DNA from: Candidatus Latescibacterota bacterium | GTDB taxonomy: Bacteria > Latescibacterota > UBA2968 > GCA-2709665 | NCBI GenBank assembly: GCA_965237675.1 | Contig: OZ250150.1 | Location: forward strand, 1,568,001-1,632,000 | Reading direction: 5' to 3' | Length of the DNA stretch: 64,000 nt | Shown: piece after piece, positions 9,506 to 17,062 of the stretch | Layout: each line of letters begins with the position of its first letter | Position numbering within the stretch: the first letter of the stretch is position 1 | The notes under the pieces: generated by a model | Databases searched by the model: none | Told to the model about the DNA's origin: nothing | The model's input: only the letters and a program-made list of their open reading frames with translations | Translations under genes and position numbers: made by a program

Positions 9506-10999
9506 ATGTATGGAATAAAACCGATTTTGAGCTTCGTTGCGTCGGCCGCGTTTCTTGTGGCTGTTACCGTCGGAGGCGTCGATGCTGGTGCGCTGGCCGG
9601 TAAGAAGCTGCTGGTCGACACCGCATATAGTATGATGGACGCCGGCGACAGGGTGAACGAGGGTGTGAACACCCTTGCACCCGTGGCGGCCGGCGACACC
9701 GTTAAAGTCGAGTTGTTTATGGAAGATGGCGGCGGTGTACAAATCATAGGAGGCGAAGTCAAATTTGCCGATCGCAATATGGAGATGATGTTCGAGGAAG
9801 GTTGGGAGGTAGTCGGAGTTAGTTCTATCGTCCCGGCCGCTCCCGGTATTTCCCCCCAAATCTCCAAGGCAGGCTTTGCTTTGTTGTCTTTAGCGCCGAC
9901 CGAGGCCCCGGCTAACGGTTATCTGGGCACGGTGAAGATCGTTGCCCTCGCTGATATCGGCGACGGGTCGTCCTTTTACGTCAAATCCGCCGCTATCAGC
10001 AGTGGTGCGTCGTTACAGGCCATCGAATCGGATAGTCTGGACGTGTCCGAGGCCATCGTGACCTTTGCGACCCCGACGGGGCCTGGCCTGATGGGCATGG
10101 GCGACATGCTGATCGAAGGGAATATGCTTCAGATTCCCACCGACGGCAGCGGCGCCTCAGTGACCGTCGAGCTGGAAAATGTCGAATCCGAAGAGCCGGT
10201 TGTTAGTTGGACGGTGACCAGCGAGGGCAGCGGCACGCTGGCCATCCTCGATGCGGATGACATGATGCTCGATCTCGACGACCAAATGATGGTGTCGGGG
10301 CCGACCAAAATTATACTGAAGGTGACCGGTGGCGATCTCCAGGTGACGGTTAAGGCCAACGTGGACGGGGAAGATACGGCGCCCGTGACCTTTACGTTCA
10401 CCCAGCTGAACCCCGCCGAACTGGCTTCCTTCGACGGCGCCATTCAGGACAACAGAGTGGTTCTGAATTGGTCCACGATGTCGCAGACGAACAACGCCGG
10501 CTGGCGGATCACGCGTAGCGTCGACGGCGTGAACTTCGAACCGGTAGGAAACTTCGTTCAGGGCGAGGGAACCTCCGACGCGCTGTTGAATTACACCTTT
10601 GAAGACAAGAACCTGCCGGGTGTGGAGAAAGTTTACTACAGGCTCGAGCAGGTGGACCTGGACGGTTCGGTCTCCCGTTCGAACGTGATCGAGGTGCTTC
10701 TGGGCGCCCGGATGCCGTTGCCGACCGAGTTCGCGGTCAACGTGTATCCCAACCCCTTCAACCCCAGCACCACGATTTCTTACGACATTCCCGAAGGCTC
10801 GCCGGTGTCGGTTGTGATTTACGACGTGCTCGGCCAGCAGATCCGGCACCTGGTGTCGCAGCACAACGCCCCGGGCCGGTATCAGATTCAGTGGGATGCC
10901 AGGGACAACCAGGGCCGCAGTGTTGCAAGTGGCGTCTACATCGCCAGGGTCAACGCCGGAACGTCCTCTTTGTCTCAGAAAATGCTGCTGCTGAAATAA
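9506..10999 (+). CDS. Secreted protein with possible N-terminal cohesin-like domain and FlgD-Ig/T9SS-type C-terminal domain
   Basis: Signal peptide; PAELASFDG...VVLNWST; VYPNPFNPSTTISY...ASGVYIARV...KMLLLK. Confidence 0.85.
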   Translation: MYGIKPILSFVASAAFLVAVTVGGVDAGALAGKKLLVDTAYSMMDAGDRVNEGVNTLAPVAAGDTVKVELFMEDGGGVQIIGGEVKFADRNMEMMFEEGWEVVGVSSIVPAAPGISPQISKAGFALLSLAPTEAPANGYLGTVKIVALADIGDGSSFYVKSAAISSGASLQAIESDSLDVSEAIVTFATPTGPGLMGMGDMLIEGNMLQIPTDGSGASVTVELENVESEEPVVSWTVTSEGSGTLAILDADDMMLDLDDQMMVSGPTKIILKVTGGDLQVTVKANVDGEDTAPVTFTFTQLNPAELASFDGAIQDNRVVLNWSTMSQTNNAGWRITRSVDGVNFEPVGNFVQGEGTSDALLNYTFEDKNLPGVEKVYYRLEQVDLDGSVSRSNVIEVLLGARMPLPTEFAVNVYPNPFNPSTTISYDIPEGSPVSVVIYDVLGQQIRHLVSQHNAPGRYQIQWDARDNQGRSVASGVYIARVNAGTSSLSQKMLLLK

Positions 11000-11023
11000 T
11001 CGCAGTCGCGCATATGTGAATCG

Positions 11024-11055
11024 AAAGCCGCCGGACATCCGTCCGGCGGCTTTTT
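11024..11055 (+). terminator. Intrinsic terminator
   Basis: AAAGCCGCCGGAC-ATCC-GTCCGGCGGCTTTTT just after the operon. Confidence 0.85.
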
Positions 11056-11312
11056 GTACGTAGCCATCAACGGTCAGCCATCAGCATTCAGAAAAATAGC
11101 TAAGCCGTTATATTCGCGAATCAATCATATCCACCCCCGCACAATGGCTTGTGGAGCCGCTGAGGCAGCGTGTGTGAAGGTGGGGCAGACATTCCTGTCC
11201 TTCCCTTCGTGTTTACGCAACACTTCGTTCGACTCCCCCTCTCCTCGCAGGAGAGGGGGCCGGGGGGAGAGGTCCTTCTGCCGGAATGCAGACAGAAGAA
11301 AGGCTTGCGCCG

Positions 11313-11532
11313 CCTTTATAGATCCAATACTCGGGGTCGCGCAGTCCGGCTCTTGCGGTATTTTCCACGATGTAACGGACGAGGCGCCAAACCTGCTTTT
11401 CGCTGCGCACCATGTGATCATATCGGATACGTCGAGCCGGAAAGTCCCGGTGACCCCCGTGAGTTGGTTGATTTCGTGGGCAGATGCGCCCTTAATGCCC
11501 TGCAGAATCCGCGAAAGGTCCTGGCCTCCCAC
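11313..11532 (-). pseudogene. Truncated, frameshifted REP-associated tyrosine transposase (RAYT/Y1) remnant
   Basis: LSRILQGIKGASAHEINQLTG, then in another frame MVRSEKQVWRLVRYIVEN; the N-terminal HUH half is absent. Confidence 0.7.
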
Positions 11533-12032
11533 CGGTTCCTCGCGGCCACCTGTCGACCGCCCGGTTGTGGAGTAGGGGGTGTCTATCGCCCTCTAACGTG
11601 TTTAACCGTACCTGCGCCCGGTGGCGAAGTTTGGGGGTTTGCGGCCCCACCGGTTCTCCCGTCGACCGCCCGGTTGTGGAGTGGGGGGTTTTTCCGTGCT
11701 GATCCGTCCAGCAGTGTCGTCTGGTTGATACTCGGGGGGTCTCAGGGCAATGTCTCACGATTTCTCTACGAAGGAGATTCGCGGAAAAACCGGCCCCGTG
11801 CCGAACGGCGCCGTTCTTTTTGGTCCTTTTTCTTGGGCGTACAAGAAAAAGGACGGAGAGAGGAAAAAAGCACGAAGTATAAGGAAGCGTGTGTGAAGGT
11901 GGGGCAGACATTCCTGTCTGCCCATCTCGTGTTTACGCAACACTTCGTTCGACTCCCCCTCTCCTCGCAGGAGAGGGGGCCGGGGGGAGCGGTCCTTCTG
12001 CCGGAATGCAGACAGAAGAAAGGCTTGCGCCG

Positions 12033-12255
12033 CCTTTATAGAGCCAATACTCGGGGTCGCGCAGTCCGGTTTTTGGGGGGTTTTCCGGGATGTAGCGGAC
12101 GAAGCGCCAAACCTGCTTTTCGCTGCGTACCATGTGATCATAGGATTCGTCGAGCCGGAAAGTCCCGGTGACGCCCGTGAGTTGGTTGATTTCGCGGGCA
12201 GATACGTCTTTAATGCCCTGCAGAATCCGCGAAAGGTCATGCCCTCCCAGCGGTT
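12033..12255 (-). pseudogene. Truncated RAYT/Y1 transposase remnant (C-terminal half)
   Basis: LSRILQGIKDVSAREINQLTGVTGTFRLDESYDHMVRSEKQVWRFVRYIPENP resembles the RAYT C-terminus (DESFDH..R...YI.NNP). Confidence 0.72.
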
Positions 12256-13328
12256 CCTCGCGGCCACCTGTCGACCGCCCGGTAGGGGAGTAGGGGGTGT
12301 CTATCGCCATCTAACGTGTTTAACCGTACCTGCGCCCGGTGGCGAAGTTTGGGGGTTTGCGGCGTCACCGGTTCTCCCGTCGACCGCCCGGTTGTGGAGT
12401 AGGGGGTTTTTCCGTGCTGATCCGTCCAGCAGTGTCGTCTGGTTGATACTCGGGGGGTCTCAGGGCAATGTCTCACGATTTCTCTGCTGAGGAGATTCGC
12501 GGAAAAACCGGCCCCGTTCCGAACGGCGCCGTTCTTTTTGGTCCTTTTTCTTGGGCGTACAAGAAAAAGGACGGAGAGAAAAGGGACGTCCGGGGGTAGG
12601 GAAGATTCCACCACCCGCAAATTCCGTTCCGGTGGCGGCGTGGGGGTTTCTATCGCCCTCTAACGGGTTTAACCGTACCGGCGCCCGGTGGCGAAGTTTG
12701 GGGGTTTGCGGCTTCACCGGTTCTCCCGTCGACCGCCCGGTTGTGGAGCGGTGGGTTTTTCCGTGCTGATCCGTCCAGCAGTGTCGTCTGGTTGATACTC
12801 GGGGGGTCTCAGGGCAATGTCTCACGATTTCTCTACTAATGAGATTCGCGGAAAAACCGGCTCCGCGCCGAGCGGCGCCGTTCTTTTTGGTCCTTTTTCT
12901 TGGGCGTACAAGAAAAAGGACGGAGAGAGGAAAAAAGCACGACGTGTGTAGAAATACCAGTGCCTGCCCGGAACGCAGTTCCAGCAACGGTAGTCCGGCA
13001 ATACAGGACGTAACAAGTTGCATTCCGTAAAACTCAAAAAGGACCACGCAACGCGGACTCTCGCATGGATGCGCGTTTCCGCTCCCACGCGTGCCGAACG
13101 GCGCCGTTCTTTTTGGTCCTTTTTCTTGGGCGTACAAGAAAAAGGACGGAGAGAAAAGGGAAGTCCGGGGGTAGGGAAGATTCCACCAACCCCAAATTCT
13201 GTATCCAACCGACCGGAAAAATCACTTCCCCTACGGAACGGAACCCCATCCGATTCGTTAAAAGATTAATCGGCCACGGTTCCGGAATAAGTGGACAGAT
13301 ACGAGACAGGGCAAGGAGGAGACAAGAG

Positions 13329-14156
13329 ATGAGAGGGCGAATCCCATTTGTTGGCGCCGTGCTGCCGCTGCTCCTGGTGTCACAGACTTTCGCGGGTGCC
13401 TGGACCCAGAAGAAGGGGGAGTATTACGCGAAACTGGCGGGCGGGTATCTGAATGCGACCCAGGACATCGACGCGGCCGGGGAAAAGGTGGCCAAGGCCG
13501 GGTTGGGCGAGTTAAGGGATCTGAGCGCATCCCTCTATCTGGAGGTTGGGCTGGCCGACGAGCTGACCCTGGTGGCCTCCGCGCCCTACAAGCGGATGAA
13601 GGATATCCGCACGTTTCAGACGGGAATCGCAACGGACGAGCGGTGGGGCTTCGGCGACGTGGAGCTTCGGTTGCGGCGCAGGCTGTTGAGCAGGGATTTT
13701 GTGGTCTCCGTAGCGGCGGGCGCGAAGATTCCAACGTGGTATGAGAGCGACGTGAATACCCGGGTGCCGCTGAGCACGACCAAGATGGACGGGGACGTGC
13801 GGGTGCTCCTCGGGAAGTCCCTCTACCCGCTGCCGGGCTATACCACGGGCGAGGTGGGCTACCGGATGCGCGGGGGGACCTTCAGCAACGAATGGTTCTA
13901 TACGCTGGAGGGTGGCGTGACCGTGGATCGGTTTCTGTTCAAGGGCTTCATTTCCGCCATCCAGACGTTCGGCAACTGCGAGGCCGTGGAGGAAGTGGGC
14001 CTCATTGGAGATCAGAACGTGTTCAAAATCTCCCCGGGGATCATCTATAAAGTCAACGCCAGGCTGGAGTTGAGCCTGGATCTGGTTCACATCTTGTCCG
14101 GATGCAACACCACGGCGGGCAGTACGTTTTTTGTCGGCGTGGCGCTGAAGCCATAG
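13329..14156 (+). CDS. Putative outer-membrane beta-barrel protein
   Basis: RBS AGGAGG; signal peptide followed by AGAWTQKKGE; amphipathic strands; GFGDVELRLR motif. Confidence 0.65.
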   Translation: MRGRIPFVGAVLPLLLVSQTFAGAWTQKKGEYYAKLAGGYLNATQDIDAAGEKVAKAGLGELRDLSASLYLEVGLADELTLVASAPYKRMKDIRTFQTGIATDERWGFGDVELRLRRRLLSRDFVVSVAAGAKIPTWYESDVNTRVPLSTTKMDGDVRVLLGKSLYPLPGYTTGEVGYRMRGGTFSNEWFYTLEGGVTVDRFLFKGFISAIQTFGNCEAVEEVGLIGDQNVFKISPGIIYKVNARLELSLDLVHILSGCNTTAGSTFFVGVALKP

Positions 14157-14199
14157 CGAAGGCGCTGGACGGCGCCTGATGCCGGACCTCGCAGTGTTC

Positions 14200-15078
14200 A
14201 GATCACCCGAATCATACGAATCCCAGTATTCGCGCCGGATCCCGGGTCCCATCCCGGCGTACCTATCACAGTTTGGGTCTCAATCAGCCTTTAATCATTG
14301 CAATCATTGTAATCACAGTCAATCACCGTATTCGCGCCGGATCCCGGGTCCCATCCCGGCGTACCTATCACAGCTTGGGCCTCAATCAGCTCTTAATCAT
14401 TGCAATCATTGTAATCACAGTCAATCACAGTATTCGCGCCGGATCCGGGGTCCCATCCCGGCGTACCTATCACAGCTTGGGCCTCAATCAGCTCTTAATC
14501 ATTGCAATCATTGTAATCACAGTCAATCACAGTATTCGCGCCGGATCCGGGGTCCCATCCCGGCGTACCTATCACAGCTTGGGCCTCAATCAGCTCTTAA
14601 TCATTGCAATCATTGTAATCACAGTCAATCACAGTATTCGCGCCGGATCCGGGGTCCCATCCCGGCGTACCTATCACAGCTTGGGCCTCAATCAGCTCTT
14701 AATCATTGCAATCATTGTAATCACAGTCAATCACAGTATTCGCGCCGGATCCCGGGTCCCATCCCGGCGTACCTATCACAGTTTGGGCCTCAATCAGCTC
14801 TTAATCATACGAATCACAGTATTCGCGCCGGATCCCGGGCCCCATCCCGGCGTACCTATCACAGCTTGGGTCTCAATCAGCCTTTAATCACAGTCAATCA
14901 CAGTTAATCACAGTCAATCACAGTCAATCACAGTCAATCACAGTCAATCACCGTATTCGCGCCGGATCCCGGGCCCCATCCCGGCGTACCTATCACAGCT
15001 TGGGTCTCAATCAGCTCTTAATCATTGTAATCACAGTTAATCACAGTCAATCACAGTCAATCACAGTCAATCACAGTC
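14200..15078 (+). repeat. Tandem array of ~102-bp units (8 core copies) made of a GC hairpin plus an AATC-periodic tail
   Basis: Cores at 14224, 14326, 14428, 14530, 14632, 14734, 14817, 14951; tail built from AATCATTG(C/T) and AATCACAGTC modules. Confidence 0.95.
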
Positions 15079-15091
15079 TAGGAGGCGTTCC

Positions 15092-16117
15092 ATGGCAGGC
15101 ATTGTGATCCCGAAAGGATGGCGTATCCCGGAACGTGAAGCCACGTCGGAAGACGTGTACTTCAACCGGCGGAAGTTCCTGAAGACCGCGGGGGCGTTCG
15201 GCGCGGCCGGGGTGATGGTCAGTTGTGGGAGCAAGCAGGTGTTCGAACCGTTCGAGCCGGAGCCGGACGGTTCCACCGATGGCTCGGGGACGGATAAGGA
15301 CAAGGAAGAAGAGGAAGAAGAGATTAAGCCGGCGTACCCGGCCGACGTGAATCCGAAGTTCTCGGAATTGGACCGCAACCTGACCGACGAGACGATCGCC
15401 GGTAGCTACAACAATTATTACGAATTCAGCCGCGGTAAAACCGGAATCGAGGAAAAGGCGGAGGATTTCGTGACGAACCCCTGGACGCTGGAGGTCAAGG
15501 GGCTGGTCGGGAACCCGTTGACGCTGGATTACGGGAGTCTGTCGCGGCAATTTCCGCTGGAGGAGCGGCTCTACCGCCTGCGCTGCGTGGAGGCGTGGTC
15601 CATGGCCGTTCCGTGGACGGGATTTCCAATGAAGGCGCTGATGGACGCCGTAGAACCCCGGTCCGATGCCACCCACGTGAAATTCAACACGTTTATCAAC
15701 CCGGACCAGGCGCCCGGGCAGTTCGACAACCCCCAGTGGCCGTGGCCCTACCAGGAGGGGTTGAGGATGGATGAAGCGATGAACGAACTCACGTTCATCG
15801 CCACAGGCATCTACGGCCACGAACTGCCGAAGCAGCACGGCGCGCCAGTCCGGCTCGTGATACCGTGGAAATACGGGTTCAAAAGCGCGAAATCGATCGT
15901 GAGTATCGAATTCGTGAACGAGCAGCCGACCACGTTCTGGAATCAACTCGTGCCCAGGGAATACGGGTTTCTGGCCAACGTGGAACCGCAGGTACCGCAT
16001 CCTCGCTGGTCGCAGGCCACGGAGCGGTTCATCACAACGGACGTGTCGAAACCTCTCATACGCCCCACGTTGCTGTACAACGGGTACCAGGAATTCGTTC
16101 AGCAGATGTATGTCTGA
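15092..16117 (+). CDS. msrP: Protein-methionine-sulfoxide reductase catalytic subunit (molybdoenzyme)
   Basis: Tat motif NRRKFLK, YNNYYEF, RLRCVEAWS, GAPVRLVIPWKYGFKSAKSIV, HPRWSQATE. Confidence 0.93.
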   Translation: MAGIVIPKGWRIPEREATSEDVYFNRRKFLKTAGAFGAAGVMVSCGSKQVFEPFEPEPDGSTDGSGTDKDKEEEEEEIKPAYPADVNPKFSELDRNLTDETIAGSYNNYYEFSRGKTGIEEKAEDFVTNPWTLEVKGLVGNPLTLDYGSLSRQFPLEERLYRLRCVEAWSMAVPWTGFPMKALMDAVEPRSDATHVKFNTFINPDQAPGQFDNPQWPWPYQEGLRMDEAMNELTFIATGIYGHELPKQHGAPVRLVIPWKYGFKSAKSIVSIEFVNEQPTTFWNQLVPREYGFLANVEPQVPHPRWSQATERFITTDVSKPLIRPTLLYNGYQEFVQQMYV

Positions 16118-16143
16118 GGCAACGGGTGCTGGTGGGATAAACA

Positions 16144-16911
16144 ATGATTATTGACGTCAACGCATGGGTCGGGCACTGGCCGTTTCGGCAGTTGCGCCAC
16201 AATACGGTGCAGGGGCTGCTGAGGCTGATGGACCGCAGCGGGATCGACCGGGCGGTGGTTGCGTCGGTCCACGGCGTGTTCTACAAGAACGCCCATTCGG
16301 CCAACGAAGAACTGGCCAGGCAGGTACTGCGCCACCGTGACCGGTTGATTCCGTTCGCCACGCTGAATCCGACCTACGCGGGATGGGAAGCGGATCTGCG
16401 CCGGTGCGCCGAGGATCTGGAACTGTGCGGGATTCGCCTGTATCCGCAATATCACGGGTACGATCTGGAGTCGGACGCGGCGCTGGATCTTGTGGATGCC
16501 GCTACGGACCTGGGATGGTCCGTACAGGTGCCAATGCGGATTGTGGACCGGCGACAACGGCATGCCTGGGATCTGGCCGATGACCTGAAGCCGGCGATGT
16601 TTCGCCGGTTTTTTCATTTACGGCCGCATGCGCGCTGGATGATTCTGAACGGCGCCGGCTTTACCGGGCGCATCTTGCCCGCGGACGTCCGGTTCCTCGT
16701 GGACATCTCCCGCCTGACCGCGGTGTTGGAGCGCAGCATTCAGGGTCTCGCGCAGGCGTGGGGTGCCGAGCGCCTGGCCTTCGGTTCGGGGATGCCCTTC
16801 AACGCGCCCGCGCCCGCGTTGCTGAAATTGCAGATCCTGGACGCGCCCGAAACGGTAAAAGAAGCCATCGCCTGGCGAAACGCCGAAGCCATGCTGCGGT
16901 CCGGGCATTAA
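16144..16911 (+). CDS. Amidohydrolase-family (Amidohydro_2-like) metal-dependent hydrolase
   Basis: IIDVNAWVGHWPF, GIRLYPQYHGY, RLAFGSGMP. Confidence 0.75.
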   Translation: MIIDVNAWVGHWPFRQLRHNTVQGLLRLMDRSGIDRAVVASVHGVFYKNAHSANEELARQVLRHRDRLIPFATLNPTYAGWEADLRRCAEDLELCGIRLYPQYHGYDLESDAALDLVDAATDLGWSVQVPMRIVDRRQRHAWDLADDLKPAMFRRFFHLRPHARWMILNGAGFTGRILPADVRFLVDISRLTAVLERSIQGLAQAWGAERLAFGSGMPFNAPAPALLKLQILDAPETVKEAIAWRNAEAMLRSGH

Positions 16912-17062
16912 TCAGCCTTTAATCAGGTCTTAATCACAGTGAATCACAGTGAATTACAGTCTCTCCTTGGGTTTAATCAGCCTTTAATCAGGTCTTAATC
17001 ACAGTAATCACAGTAATCACAGTAATCACAGTAAATCACAGTAAATCACAGTAAATCACAGT
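16909..17062. repeat. AATC-periodic repeat tract filling a convergent intergenic gap
   Basis: TAATCAGCCTTTAATCAGGTCTTAATCACAGT twice, followed by AATCACAGT runs; overlaps both stop codons. Confidence 0.85.

Larger units (their letters stand above)
11130..13200. repeat. Second repeat mosaic: ~720-bp duplication (11168-11870 / 11888-12580), minus-strand structured-element copies (11663-11852, 12381-12571, 12730-12919, partial 13090-13145), REP hairpins and solo DUF559 right ends
   Basis: Direct visual alignment of the blocks; hairpin GGGCAGACATTCCTGTCTGCCC is shared with 166-188. Confidence 0.85.

Noticed and set aside
11061-11105. 7-bp periodic CAGC-type tracts (also ~1229-1246, ~24625-24645)
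   Set aside because: Too short and degenerate to define an element, and no associated gene is in the window.
14179-14907. 242-aa Cys/His-rich repeat protein, or CRISPR array
   Set aside because: The ORF follows from a 102-bp (3n) DNA repeat that is also open in a second frame; there are no unique spacers.
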